Shown: positions 29,257-39,657 of the stretch, piece after piece
How positions within the stretch are numbered: position 1 is the first letter of the stretch
How the letters are laid out: every line of letters starts with the position of its first letter
IMG/VR virus record: IMGVR_UViG_3300032242_001280
Source: a virus
Direction: 5' to 3' (one strand)
Length of the DNA stretch: 64,000 nucleotides
The notes under the pieces: model-generated
The model's input: only the letters and a program-made list of their open reading frames with translations
Databases searched by the model: none
Told to the model about the DNA's origin: nothing
Made by a program: the position numbers and the translations under genes

Positions 29257-30186
29257 TTAATTTCCTAAATCTGATAGTTCACACAAGGTTGCTGATAAAT
29301 TGATCTCAGTATCTGCTACCATAGAATGGTTTACCAATCCATTGCGAATAATAATAATTGCTTTGTCTTGTATTTCTGGTACATCACTCCACAATTCAAG
29401 ATTGTCATACATCCAACGAAATACTTCTTCTACTTCATCTGACCTAACCTGTGAGCAAATTAATTTACGCGCTTCACGCACCTTGCCATTCTTAAACAAA
29501 CTAACTGCTGCTAGTTTATAATCATCTGTTGATGTGTTGTCTATATTAATTGAACGAAGCGTTCCTTTATCATTGGATGATTGTAGAACATTGATACACT
29601 TGCGAAGATCAGGATAACTGGCAGTGACATAGTTATCAAGGGTGTCCAAATCAAAATCAACATTTTCGCTTACAAGAATAGTTGCAACACGAGCAGTAAA
29701 CTCAGTCTTGTCTAGCTTTTCTATATGAAATCCTTGGCAACGACTATGCAGTGCTGGAATGATTTTGTTAGGATAGTTGCAAGTTAAGATAAATCTAGCG
29801 GTGCTGCTATATGTTTCCATAAGTCCACGAAGAATTGCTTGTGCGCCAGGCGAAAGATAATCGGCTTCGTCTAGCAAAACAACCTTGAACTCTCCAAACG
29901 GCATAGTAGAAACAAATCCTTCAACTTTATCACGGATAAAGTCTACGCCATTGTCTCTGGACGCATTGATCTGCAAGATATCGTATTCATCTATTGCAAG
30001 TTCACTTATGATAACTTTAGCAAGCGTTGTCTTACCAGTTCCAGGTCCGCCGCTAAACAGCAAATGCGGAATAGCTTTATCTGCTAACCAGCTATTTACT
30101 TGCTGTTCCTGTGCGACATCACGCCATACATAATCACTGACCGCCGAAGGACGATATTTTTCAACCCACAAATAATCTGTTTTCAT
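29257..30186 (-). CDS. Sliding-clamp loader AAA+ subunit (T4 gp44/RFC-like)
   Basis: LWVEKYRP, GGPGTGKTT, INAS, LDEAD, SRC. Confidence 0.92.
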   Translation of the reverse strand: MKTDYLWVEKYRPSAVSDYVWRDVAQEQQVNSWLADKAIPHLLFSGGPGTGKTTLAKVIISELAIDEYDILQINASRDNGVDFIRDKVEGFVSTMPFGEFKVVLLDEADYLSPGAQAILRGLMETYSSTARFILTCNYPNKIIPALHSRCQGFHIEKLDKTEFTARVATILVSENVDFDLDTLDNYVTASYPDLRKCINVLQSSNDKGTLRSINIDNTSTDDYKLAAVSLFKNGKVREARKLICSQVRSDEVEEVFRWMYDNLELWSDVPEIQDKAIIIIRNGLVNHSMVADTEINLSATLCELSDLGN

Positions 30187-30214
30187 TCTTTTATTCTAAC
30201 ACAAAATTAAAGAA

Positions 30215-30589
30215 TTAGCTAATTGTATTTGCCATTGTCATGTCATGTGGCTTATCTGGGCTTGCCATGATAACATCTTTTGGATCAACAAGTCGAACTG
30301 TCACTGTGATACCATCATCGCCAGTCATATCCAGCCCACGAGTCCAACGACCATGCGATACAAGTATCCATTCTCCTACTTGTACATCTTCTTGTGTAGG
30401 ACCAACTGCTTGAACTCTGCACCAACGAGGTCTAATGCCATGACTTTTCATATCATCATTGGCTAAGATGATTCCACTAGCTGTAACACGCTCTTGGAAA
30501 TCCATGTCAGTAACTAAAATATTATTTTTAGTTGGTTTAATTTTACGATAATCCGTGTTATAACGAATTAGTGAACCGCGCTCACTCAT
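30215..30589 (-). CDS. groES: GroES-like co-chaperonin
   Basis: IKPT..NILV...TASGIIL...V.AVGP...VQVGEWILV. Confidence 0.8.
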   Translation of the reverse strand: MSERGSLIRYNTDYRKIKPTKNNILVTDMDFQERVTASGIILANDDMKSHGIRPRWCRVQAVGPTQEDVQVGEWILVSHGRWTRGLDMTGDDGITVTVRLVDPKDVIMASPDKPHDMTMANTIS

Positions 30590-31008
30590 ATTCTGCTTCT
30601 CTGCCTCTTAAGTTTTTCTGCCAATTCTTGACTTCGCGCAAGAGCATCTGCGTAACCGCCAGCAGTGCTAGCTTGCGTTGTTGGCTCAATTACTTCTGGC
30701 TCTTCACTTAAAGATTGTTCAATTTGATCAAACCCATTAGTAACTTGTTTAACAAAAACATCTGCTTCTGCTGCGCGTAAAGCCTGTTCATCAGTCATAA
30801 TTGGACTATCTCGTAGCGGTTCTTGTCTCATGGATTGATAAAATTCATTTACAATTTGATCTCTTGACTTTACAATTTCACCACCAGGTCCAAGAAGATC
30901 ACCTCTGGCGTTTTTGTTACTATTTCCAACTGCTATAGTTCTTTCTTGTTTGGTCATTAAACCGTTAATATCAAGATATTTTCCACTTGCTGTTCTATAA
31001 CTACTCAT
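30586..31008 (-). CDS. Hypothetical protein
   Basis: YRTASGK...AVGN...NARGD.LG.GG motif. Confidence 0.55.
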   Translation of the reverse strand: MSSYRTASGKYLDINGLMTKQERTIAVGNSNKNARGDLLGPGGEIVKSRDQIVNEFYQSMRQEPLRDSPIMTDEQALRAAEADVFVKQVTNGFDQIEQSLSEEPEVIEPTTQASTAGGYADALARSQELAEKLKRQRSRI

Positions 31009-31030
31009 TTTTTAATCCTCTTTCGTGTAT

Positions 31031-31546
31031 TTAACGCATAAATTCATTGAAGTTTAAATTATTTTTTAAACTATGAATACGATGTATTCCTATAATATAT
31101 AAAACAAAACTTGCCACACTACTACCGCGACCAACACCCCATACTATACTATTTTGTCGCATAGTGTCAACGAGATATTTTAGGTATTGCAACAGTGGTA
31201 ATAGGTCTCGTTCAGCATATTCCATAAGTTCACTGCCAGCGCGTTGCAATTCATTTTGATCTGCACAGCGATCTAGCACCCACTTGGCAATATCCATGTT
31301 TTTATATTCATCAGGCATAAACCACTGCTGTTGATTATTGGCATGATATTCTGCTATTGAACCATTTAATGTTGCTAATTTTTTTAATGGTTTGTAATCA
31401 AGATATAGACTCTTGATAGCAGAATTATACTTTTCTGGATTTACAATAGCAATATCATCGATAGCAAGTTGTGGATTTACATAAAGTAAATTTGCTAACT
31501 CACTATCGTTAATTATACTGCGACCATACTCATCAAGATTTGTCAC
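31031..31546 (-). CDS. Stand-alone fragment of DNA polymerase III alpha (DnaE-like)
   Basis: WGVGRGSSVASFVLYIIGIH...LNFNEF matches the DnaE GxGRGS palm region. Confidence 0.78.
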   Translation of the reverse strand: MTNLDEYGRSIINDSELANLLYVNPQLAIDDIAIVNPEKYNSAIKSLYLDYKPLKKLATLNGSIAEYHANNQQQWFMPDEYKNMDIAKWVLDRCADQNELQRAGSELMEYAERDLLPLLQYLKYLVDTMRQNSIVWGVGRGSSVASFVLYIIGIHRIHSLKNNLNFNEFMR

Positions 31547-32189
31547 CTTTGATAACCTCTGGCTTCCATTTTTTTATTGGGATAATATTACTTTCTGTTT
31601 TTTTCTTCTTATCTACTGTAACAGGTTTTTGCTCCCATTGCAAGGCTTCTGTCCATTCATTATCGTCATATTCTACTATGACATCTTTTTTCTTAGTTAC
31701 TGGAATATCCCAAGTAGTAGGTGTTGGTCTAAACCACCATGCTGGTTTTTCCCAATTTTTAAATGATAGGTCATTCATGACTTCATCACTGCTAACGATA
31801 TCTTCATCAACATTTAAAGATATATCATCACTCTTATCGCATGAGGTAGATATGTATTCAAGTGATATACGACCCTGCGCAATGCTTAAAATCTTATACC
31901 AAGTCACTACACCAATAGTAAGATTACTTGGTTGATATGGCAGTGTAACAATACGAGATTTAAATTTTTTATGCAGAGTTGGTAATAGTGGATTGCCTAT
32001 GTAAACAAATATTGAATCCTGATATAAATCTTTTATCAAGCTCCTCATTCTTCCAAAAGCAGTATATGGGTCTTCTTCATTCAAAGATTCATCGTTGAAC
32101 CCTATACTAATATGATAGTCGCAAGGTTCTAATAAATCTTTAAAACAATTTATAGCAGTAAAGCTAGCAGTCCATGCAGTAGCACTCAT
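31533..32189 (-). CDS. Hypothetical protein
   Basis: ORF track; operonic. Confidence 0.55.
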   Translation of the reverse strand: MSATAWTASFTAINCFKDLLEPCDYHISIGFNDESLNEEDPYTAFGRMRSLIKDLYQDSIFVYIGNPLLPTLHKKFKSRIVTLPYQPSNLTIGVVTWYKILSIAQGRISLEYISTSCDKSDDISLNVDEDIVSSDEVMNDLSFKNWEKPAWWFRPTPTTWDIPVTKKKDVIVEYDDNEWTEALQWEQKPVTVDKKKKTESNIIPIKKWKPEVIKGDKS

Positions 32190-32419
32190 CCTATATCCAA
32201 ACTATCTTTAAAAATTGGGTTTTCTTTAGCGGCTTGGGCTTCTTGTCTATACCGCTTATTAATTTCTTCTTGGTATGTATCAACAATATTTCGCATTTGT
32301 TGAATCATAATACCATTGTTCATTTTAGCAAGCCAGTTCATCTTTTTATGCAATCCATTTACTGTTGTAAGTAACTCATCTAGTGTTTTATCACTTAAAT
32401 TACTCATTAATGGATGCAT
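32186..32419 (-). CDS. Small helical hypothetical protein
   Basis: ORF track; operonic. Confidence 0.55.
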   Translation of the reverse strand: MHPLMSNLSDKTLDELLTTVNGLHKKMNWLAKMNNGIMIQQMRNIVDTYQEEINKRYRQEAQAAKENPIFKDSLDIG

Positions 32420-32835
32420 TATAGGTCGTCCTTTTTACGATTTTCACTATGCCAAGCATCAAATGATCCGCCTGGATATCGTGATTCTAACTTCTTGATA
32501 TTTTCATCAATTACTTCTTGTGGGTCAAGCTTTAATGCTGTGCAAGCATTAATCCAGTACCACATAATATCGCCTAGTTCGCGCTTCATGTGAAAAACAT
32601 TTTCAGCAGTTAGCGGCTTGCCTTGGAAAAACATTTTCTTTGGAATTTCACAAAACTCACCTGATTCTGCTGCTAATCCCAGCGCAGCAGTAATTAGCAG
32701 TGATGGATTAATAAGTGTATTATCTTCTTGATAATTGCATAGTTGTTCAAAACGATCCATGAAAGCATAATTTAATTTGCTTTCGGCGCTGGTTACTTCG
32801 GTAACAAATTCTTGGTATAATTTAAGGTCTGTCAT
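32419..32835 (-). CDS. MazG-like NTP pyrophosphohydrolase
   Basis: GLAAESGEF.E..KK...RELGDIMWY...NIKKLESRYP. Confidence 0.88.
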   Translation of the reverse strand: MTDLKLYQEFVTEVTSAESKLNYAFMDRFEQLCNYQEDNTLINPSLLITAALGLAAESGEFCEIPKKMFFQGKPLTAENVFHMKRELGDIMWYWINACTALKLDPQEVIDENIKKLESRYPGGSFDAWHSENRKKDDL

Positions 32836-32883
32836 TTAAATGCTCCTGAGCTAATATACCAACGGATAACTCAGGAGTCAATA

Positions 32884-33798
32884 TTAAACTTGTGTACGAA
32901 TCCATTTATTAATAGTTGGATTGCTTGGGCTACCTACATAGGTATAACCAAGATGACTGCCTGTAGTTAGTGTAGTAGTGTTTCCAAGAATAGTATTTGC
33001 ACTTATTAAGAATAAATTGCTTATATTGACATTTGAAGTGATTGCTACAAACTGACCGTCTAGCGGATAAGATGGAAATGTAACGCTGATATTTGCAAGT
33101 TGTTGACCGTTAGTGCTGTCAAAAATTAACTTTGATGTTAATGTTGAAACATTTGGACTTGCTGCAGTACCGTTGCTGACATTGGCATAAGTGTAATCAG
33201 TATTGTTTCTAGCACGAGTTAAATCAAACATTGCGTAGGTAGTACCGCCATCATCACTTAAAAATTCAAAGTAATATGTTCCAGCGCCACTTTGTGTAAA
33301 TCCGATACTATTTGTGCTTGAATTATATTCATGAATATACTGTAAGCTGCTGCTTGCACTTGCTGATACGCTGCTTGGCAGATATAATCTATGAGTGCTT
33401 ACTGCAACAACTAACTTTAATCTAACGCGACCAACTTTTCCTGAAGTAGGAAAGTTAGTAAATGTAATCGTTGTATTGCCGTTAGTAGTGACTACTTGAT
33501 AGTGACCAGTTGTATGGTCTAGCGTTACATTAGTACTAATAGCATTAGTAAACTCAGTTTCACGAAGGTCACGAATTTCAGCACTGGAAAAAAGAGTTCC
33601 AGCCATGTTATTATTAAGTGTAGTTCCTGTGAGAGCCTGTTTAACAATAACTTTACTCTGCAAATCAGTAAGTTCTGCCGCAGCGGTGGCAAAGTTATTT
33701 AAAATATTTGTAAAGTTATCTCTGAATCCCTGACTATCATTATCAACACCCGCGACTGGGTAGGAACCATTGATATTGTTGGGGTTAATATTGCTCAT
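32884..33798 (-). CDS. Virion structural protein (baseplate/fibre-like)
   Basis: YPVAGVDNDSQGFRDNF N-terminus; Thr/Ser/Asn-rich beta composition. Confidence 0.6.
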   Translation of the reverse strand: MSNINPNNINGSYPVAGVDNDSQGFRDNFTNILNNFATAAAELTDLQSKVIVKQALTGTTLNNNMAGTLFSSAEIRDLRETEFTNAISTNVTLDHTTGHYQVVTTNGNTTITFTNFPTSGKVGRVRLKLVVAVSTHRLYLPSSVSASASSSLQYIHEYNSSTNSIGFTQSGAGTYYFEFLSDDGGTTYAMFDLTRARNNTDYTYANVSNGTAASPNVSTLTSKLIFDSTNGQQLANISVTFPSYPLDGQFVAITSNVNISNLFLISANTILGNTTTLTTGSHLGYTYVGSPSNPTINKWIRTQV

Positions 33799-33848
33799 TA
33801 TTCATTTCCATATTTTAAAGTATTTAGCTGTTACCACTATAGAGATAT

Positions 33849-36800
33849 TTATTGAAGTGCACTGACACGGGGAAATTTCAAATAACTATCGCTAGCAAAT
33901 GGTACGCTATATTGATCTTCATTGTTAATAAATTGTGTTGAATTGTAATCAAATGTCATTGGTACTTTTTTCTGGAAAGAATTAGTATCAACTAGTTTAT
34001 AAGATGGAACAGTTTGTCCATTAATATTAATTCCCGCAGAAGAATAAGACAATGTTTTTCCAGCCCTTGCACCAAATCTCACAAGTATATTTGAATTACC
34101 GCCTAATAATACTTGCTGCTTGAAAGTTAAAGTTACAAGGTTATTTCCAACGGTTACTAACCAAACACCGCCTCGTTGATTTACTAAACTAGTGCCGTTG
34201 TTTACTTCATTATATCCTGGAATAACTGTATCAAATCTATTCCAGCCGTTATTTGTCAATGATGGATAAAGTGCACTATTATAATTTTCTTGAGTAGCAA
34301 AAATAATAGTTTTATTATTCCAATCGCTAGAAATATCTCCATCTAAGCCACCTAGCGCAAGAATGCTTGAGATATTTTGTCCATTTATACGATCAAACGG
34401 TATATCTATTGCGTAATCAACAGTTGCCGCAATTTGTGACCCTGTATAACCATTATCAAAAGTTGTATATATTTTCTTAATCCAAGTATGAGTGTTGACA
34501 TTAAAATTAATATCTTGGTTATTATCAAGAATATATCTATCAGCAACAAACGGTATTAATTTTATGTCGTTTGAAACAAGAGAGTTAAGTTTATATAATA
34601 CTCGTTCACCTGTTCCTGGTTTTAAGTAAGCTAATACTGCCGCTGTTTGAAATCCTAATATTTTACCATTTGCTTGTGTACTTGTTTGCCACTGCGGTAG
34701 TGTATTAGTATTGCTTTGTCCAACTGCTACTATGATGTCATTTGTCATTAAATCTATATCATTTGGGTATATAACTACGCTACTCATAGGATCAACTAAT
34801 CTTAGATGTTTGCGGTCAAAAGTAGTATAATTGGTATCAAAGTTAGTAACTAAGTTTTCTATGCCACTGCTAGTAAGGCGATCTGCAGGTATTACTTTTG
34901 TTATTGCACCATTAACTGTAGTATATGTTTTTGTATCTTCTCTAAGATCAACATATATAACATCATATAAATGATTGCCAACAGAATCAGTTGCTTGTGC
35001 ATAATGATAATCGCCAAAATAAAATTTCTTGTTATAGTGGCGAGTTTGCATTGCTGCAATATATGCACTGGATTGGCTAGCTGTCAAACCATAACCAGTT
35101 AAGATTTTTATATCACTTTGAATACCCCACCATGGATCATTTGGACGGTATATATCTTTTGGTTCAAAGAAATCAGTATTGCCAAGGATAGTGTTCAAGA
35201 TAGTTCTTTTTGCGCTACTTGGTTTGCATATAAGATATAAATTGTCATACGGAGCATAAGTTACAGTTTTTAGTTTTAGGGTAAATGTTCGTGCGCCGCT
35301 GACATTTTTACTATAATCGGCTGCTTGAATAGTAAACCTGTATGTAGTATCTATTGTAGTAATGTCCGTATATTGACCACTGTTATAATTAACAACATCA
35401 AAAGTAGTTGAACCTTTATCTAAACTAAATGTTTGGAAACTTGCTCTGCCAGATATTGAACCATCATTTAATAATTGCAATCCTTGTGGCAATCTACTGC
35501 CAATAGTTTTTCCAGTAATAGGTTCAACAAATTTGCTTACTAGTGAATAATATAATTTTCTTCCACTTTTTGCAGATGCTGCAACAGATAAGTTACTAAC
35601 AGAACCTGCATTAATATATCCAAGGTTGCTGTCGGTATTCCAAGTAACACCAAGGTCTAGCGCAGACAATATTGTTATTGAAAACTGTCTATATGGACTA
35701 ACTGCGGTAGAATCAAACGCATTTTGCACTTGCAGCGCAAAAGTGTATGTATGTTCGTATAGACTTCCACTTGTAATTCCAGTAATTGGGTCAGTTGATA
35801 CCCATTGGTCTAAGGTTGATATGTTTTCTGGAATATATCCAGTTAGCCAACCTGTACTTGGGTCTAGTGACAATCCATATGGGAAAGAAAAAGAAATTTG
35901 ATCCCATGCAGTTGAATCCCAAGAACTTTGGTCAAACCCACCAGCACCAACGCCAACAATACCGTAAAGTATTGGAACATTGTCATAATCTATTGCATTG
36001 AATTTATATGCAAAGTAATTTCCAGCAGTAAATGTTGCATAATCTCCCATATCTTTTGTTAGTAGTACAGGTGTTCTAGTATTACTTGTATCAGCAGTAA
36101 AAATAGTGCTATCTGCGGTTAGGGCGGTATTATCAGCACGAATATCATCATGGCTGTAAACAACAATTGAATAGTCTTTTGTATCAAAACTTTTGCCATC
36201 TGTGACACTTACCGTAAATCTATAAGTGAAATTTCCGCTCCTTACTGAAAATTGCCATGGATTTTCACTCCAGTAGCTCTTATCCCATCCAGTAATTGCA
36301 TTATTATTTTTTGAAATATTTGGAATAATTACGCCACTTATTAATCCCGAAGGCGATAGCGTTAACCCAGGAGGCAATGCGCCGCCTAAGATACTATAAG
36401 TTAATTTATCATTGTTTAAATCAATAGCACTTAGCTGCACAGATATTTCAGTACCATCTAAAAATGTGCCTATAGGAGTATAATTACTAGTTAATAATTT
36501 CGGAGCAAAATTTCCTGTAACTGTTATTATAAAATTTCTATCAGTAATTTTTCCACTAGCTGAAGTAGCACGAACTGTAAATTGACTAGTTCTATCTTGA
36601 TCAACTGCTTCTGGTACACCGTCGATACTATATGTATCTTTTGGATTGCCTGTAACTTTACCGCTAGCGTCTAGCTGTAATCCTGCTGGCATTTTGCCAG
36701 ATACCATTGAATAATTAACATCCGACCCATCTGGGTTTCCTGTAGGATCAACTGCTTGTAATCCTAATTCAAAAAATTGTAACGCTTGAATCTTGCCAAG

Positions 36801-37802
36801 ATTTCCTGTTGGCGTTACCCATTGCGGATACGCTGTATTGCTGCCTGGCGCTTGTTCTGCTGTAATTGTATCAACATATCCATAAAATGTATTGCCAATA
36901 ACATATGGATATACTGGTCGGCTCAGTCCATCTATGGTACAGAAATATGCGTATGTTCCATTTGGATAATCTGGCGTTACACAATAACGACCATTATGCG
37001 TGTCTAAATCACCAGTTCCAACAAAGCTATAATCTTGAACAAATGTTCCTAGCGGGTATGAACTTACTAACGGAACATTAATGCCATCTCTAGTAGTATT
37101 CAATTTATAACTAGATTGCAACGAACGAACAGTAGTTTGGTTATTGAGCGGGTTACTATATCCATATGGTCCGTATATAGGATAACCATCTAGTGCAAAT
37201 CCTAATATTTTGCTATGCCCGTCTGGATGAGTCAATGTTCCGCCATAATAAGGAATTTGTTCAACTTCTGCTAACCCATGAACAGTGCTGCTAAATGGTT
37301 TACCGCCTTGACCGCTGATCCATATTGGCGCAAAACTATAATCGCGGTAGTTATATATGTGAGACTTAGTTGCTTTGCCACCAGCATAATCTTCATAGAA
37401 GCTATATCCTAACAACTGTCCTTCGGCATAGCTTGCGTTATATTGCCAATTAGCTGCGTATGGGTTTTGACCAAACGGAGCATCAGTGCCGCCATTTGCG
37501 CTGTATATTGCAACGCCGTTCAACCAATATCCTATAATTCCGCTGCTTGTAGATAGCGGATTATCACTTGGTACGCTTGTTCCAGCACGATATACCCATG
37601 CTGTGTTAAAATATTGAGCTTTTGCAATGTTTACTGCATCAATACTGCCATAACCATGATAAGGCAAGCCAACTGCTTCTAGAGAAATTACAGTTTGGTT
37701 TAACCCATTGATAAGAGTATTCGGAGTTATAGCCCATGTGCTACTAATATTGATAAGTCTGCCTAGCTGCACATTTGTTGCTGATGCATTAAAAGATAAC
37801 AT
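33849..37802 (-). CDS. Large virion structural protein: YHYH-like domain plus Ig-like repeats (baseplate wedge-like)
   Basis: HSKILGFALDGYPIYGPYG, DLDTHNGR..VTPDYPNGTYAY; repeated G.LP.GL.L...G.ISG. Confidence 0.7.
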   Translation of the reverse strand: MLSFNASATNVQLGRLINISSTWAITPNTLINGLNQTVISLEAVGLPYHGYGSIDAVNIAKAQYFNTAWVYRAGTSVPSDNPLSTSSGIIGYWLNGVAIYSANGGTDAPFGQNPYAANWQYNASYAEGQLLGYSFYEDYAGGKATKSHIYNYRDYSFAPIWISGQGGKPFSSTVHGLAEVEQIPYYGGTLTHPDGHSKILGFALDGYPIYGPYGYSNPLNNQTTVRSLQSSYKLNTTRDGINVPLVSSYPLGTFVQDYSFVGTGDLDTHNGRYCVTPDYPNGTYAYFCTIDGLSRPVYPYVIGNTFYGYVDTITAEQAPGSNTAYPQWVTPTGNLGKIQALQFFELGLQAVDPTGNPDGSDVNYSMVSGKMPAGLQLDASGKVTGNPKDTYSIDGVPEAVDQDRTSQFTVRATSASGKITDRNFIITVTGNFAPKLLTSNYTPIGTFLDGTEISVQLSAIDLNNDKLTYSILGGALPPGLTLSPSGLISGVIIPNISKNNNAITGWDKSYWSENPWQFSVRSGNFTYRFTVSVTDGKSFDTKDYSIVVYSHDDIRADNTALTADSTIFTADTSNTRTPVLLTKDMGDYATFTAGNYFAYKFNAIDYDNVPILYGIVGVGAGGFDQSSWDSTAWDQISFSFPYGLSLDPSTGWLTGYIPENISTLDQWVSTDPITGITSGSLYEHTYTFALQVQNAFDSTAVSPYRQFSITILSALDLGVTWNTDSNLGYINAGSVSNLSVAASAKSGRKLYYSLVSKFVEPITGKTIGSRLPQGLQLLNDGSISGRASFQTFSLDKGSTTFDVVNYNSGQYTDITTIDTTYRFTIQAADYSKNVSGARTFTLKLKTVTYAPYDNLYLICKPSSAKRTILNTILGNTDFFEPKDIYRPNDPWWGIQSDIKILTGYGLTASQSSAYIAAMQTRHYNKKFYFGDYHYAQATDSVGNHLYDVIYVDLREDTKTYTTVNGAITKVIPADRLTSSGIENLVTNFDTNYTTFDRKHLRLVDPMSSVVIYPNDIDLMTNDIIVAVGQSNTNTLPQWQTSTQANGKILGFQTAAVLAYLKPGTGERVLYKLNSLVSNDIKLIPFVADRYILDNNQDINFNVNTHTWIKKIYTTFDNGYTGSQIAATVDYAIDIPFDRINGQNISSILALGGLDGDISSDWNNKTIIFATQENYNSALYPSLTNNGWNRFDTVIPGYNEVNNGTSLVNQRGGVWLVTVGNNLVTLTFKQQVLLGGNSNILVRFGARAGKTLSYSSAGININGQTVPSYKLVDTNSFQKKVPMTFDYNSTQFINNEDQYSVPFASDSYLKFPRVSALQ

Positions 37803-37834
37803 TGATTACCTGCTCCAGCATATATTTATTGGTT

Positions 37835-38545
37835 TTAAATTCTTACCCAACGAGCGCCGCCAACAGCAGTTTGATAAAGTATCCAACTATAAGGAGTACC
37901 AACAGCTAGGGTTGTTGGAGCATTGTTAATAACTGTTCCGCTACCTGCAGTTGCGGTTAGCGTAGTAACTGTACAGTTAGGAGTTATAGTTAACAATTGT
38001 CCATTGGTTACAGTAGAGTTTGCAGGAAATGTTAAGGTTGCAGATGCAACAGTAGCACCTCTAGTACTATCAACAATAACTGTTTGCACATTGCTATACA
38101 GCGTAATGCTTGTGCTAACGCTTAAATTAGCAATTTGATAACCAACAGAAGTGTTTCCATTTGAAGCAAAGGCACCAGAAACAGTTAAACTAGTTAAATT
38201 TCCGACGCTGGTAATATATGGTTGCGAATTATTAGTAGCAGTAGAAGCATATGTTGCAGCATTAGTAGTAGAAGCATATGTTGCAGTAGATGCAATTATA
38301 GAAGCACTAGCAGTTCCTGTTAAATTGCCAGTGACATTGCCAGTGACATTACCAGTGACATTACCAATTAATAAGCCAACGAGAGTAATGCTATTTGCAT
38401 AAAGATCAACATTTCCATTGATGCCACTAGCAGATGGAGTTGTGAGATTAACAAAGTTTGCGTTAACTTTATTAAAAGATGTCTGTAGTGGATCACCAGT
38501 TCCATCATTAGCATATGAACCAGTATTGATAATTTGTAGTCCCAT
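37835..38545 (-). CDS. Virion fibre/baseplate-like protein
   Basis: INTGSYANDGTGDPL..SF.K.N.NF (gp9/gp10-like N-terminus); GNVT repeats. Confidence 0.65.
   Translation of the reverse strand: MGLQIINTGSYANDGTGDPLQTSFNKVNANFVNLTTPSASGINGNVDLYANSITLVGLLIGNVTGNVTGNVTGNLTGTASASIIASTATYASTTNAATYASTATNNSQPYITSVGNLTSLTVSGAFASNGNTSVGYQIANLSVSTSITLYSNVQTVIVDSTRGATVASATLTFPANSTVTNGQLLTITPNCTVTTLTATAGSGTVINNAPTTLAVGTPYSWILYQTAVGGARWVRI
38241..38365. repeat. Short coding tandem repeats (GNVT x3; ATYAST x2)
   Basis: ccagtgacatt x3 and gtagaagcatatgttgcag x2. Confidence 0.8.
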
Positions 38546-38582
38546 AAAAAAAACTCCTGCCAGATATTTAGCAGGAGTTTTT
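38546..38582 (-). terminator. Hairpin/terminator with TAAATA in the loop and the AGGAG SD in the 3' stem arm
   Basis: Minus strand AAAACTCCTGC-TAAATATCTG-GCAGGAGTTTTTTTT-ATG. Confidence 0.8.
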
Positions 38583-38583
38583 C

Positions 38584-38931
38584 TTAGACACTAATACTTG
38601 TTCCGCATCCGCATGAACTCTTGGCCATTGGATTATTAACAACCAATTGACTACTTACGAAATCGCTTTTATAATCTATTTCACTGCCTAACAGATACAT
38701 GAGTGCAGTGCCATCTACTATAAGTGATTTGCCTTCGCCTACGCTAATCATCTCATCAATTTGTGGCGAACCATTTTGTGCATAGAGTTCATCATCGGCA
38801 GGTTCCCAAAAATATTCAAATCCTGCGCAACCGCCACCTTTAAGCCCAAACACAAGATATGGTTTATCCATATCAATGAGTACACGACGAATATGAGTTC
38901 TTGCTGCTTCTGTGATAGTTACTGCTTGCAT
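38584..38931 (-). CDS. iscA: IscA/HesB Fe-S cluster assembly protein
   Basis: GGGCAGFEY; NPMAKSSCGCGTS. Confidence 0.92.
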   Translation of the reverse strand: MQAVTITEAARTHIRRVLIDMDKPYLVFGLKGGGCAGFEYFWEPADDELYAQNGSPQIDEMISVGEGKSLIVDGTALMYLLGSEIDYKSDFVSSQLVVNNPMAKSSCGCGTSISV

Positions 38932-38940
38932 AATGATATC

Positions 38941-39156
38941 TCACTTAAAACGATAGGTAATTCTTCCACGAGTCAAATCATATGGCGTTAGTTCCACAGA
39001 TACACGATCATCTTGGATAATCTTAATTTTATTCTTACGCATATTTCCGCTTGCATACGCAAGAATAATATGATCCTCAATACCTACTCGAAATACACCA
39101 TTTGGTAGAACCTCTACCACTTTGCCTTCCATTGTTATTAGTTCTTCTTTTGCCAT
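38941..39156 (-). CDS. infA: Translation initiation factor IF-1
   Basis: MAKEELI..EG.V.EVLPN...SG.MRKN.I.I...[18 protein letters not shown]. Confidence 0.95.
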   Translation of the reverse strand: MAKEELITMEGKVVEVLPNGVFRVGIEDHIILAYASGNMRKNKIKIIQDDRVSVELTPYDLTRGRITYRFK

Positions 39157-39159
39157 GAA

Positions 39160-39657
39160 TTACTTATATTTTACCGACATTGAATCACCAGTATCTGGGT
39201 CAAACAGCGTAAAAGCATCACTATCAGTTGGCGATGCAGGAGTTACCATTCCGCTATTCGACACAGTTATATTACCATAATATGTGTCATTAACAAGTGC
39301 AGAAATTTCTTCTGCACTTAGTTGCGGTAATTGAGCAATAGAATTAGTAGTCAACCCCCAATTGTCATAGTTTCTGCCACGCTCATAAGTTTGTGCTGAC
39401 CAATATGTACCTGTTTGTCTAGAAATGTTATCAAAATTAATATTATTTTTAAGTTTATCTATTTCACGACGCATATCTTGCAATTCGCGCCCCATGTGTT
39501 CAAGTGGTCCAACTGGATTAATATTCATACTATCTTCTACTACTTTGGTCAATACAACGGCTTGCTTAAATGCATCCTTAACAGTTGGATCATTTGACAT
39601 TAAAACTGCGTCTAGTTCTCGTAGTTGTTCTATTAAATTAGTTCGCGCCATTGTCAA
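39160..39657 (-). CDS. Hypothetical protein
   Basis: ORF track. Confidence 0.5.
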   Translation of the reverse strand: MTMARTNLIEQLRELDAVLMSNDPTVKDAFKQAVVLTKVVEDSMNINPVGPLEHMGRELQDMRREIDKLKNNINFDNISRQTGTYWSAQTYERGRNYDNWGLTTNSIAQLPQLSAEEISALVNDTYYGNITVSNSGMVTPASPTDSDAFTLFDPDTGDSMSVKYK

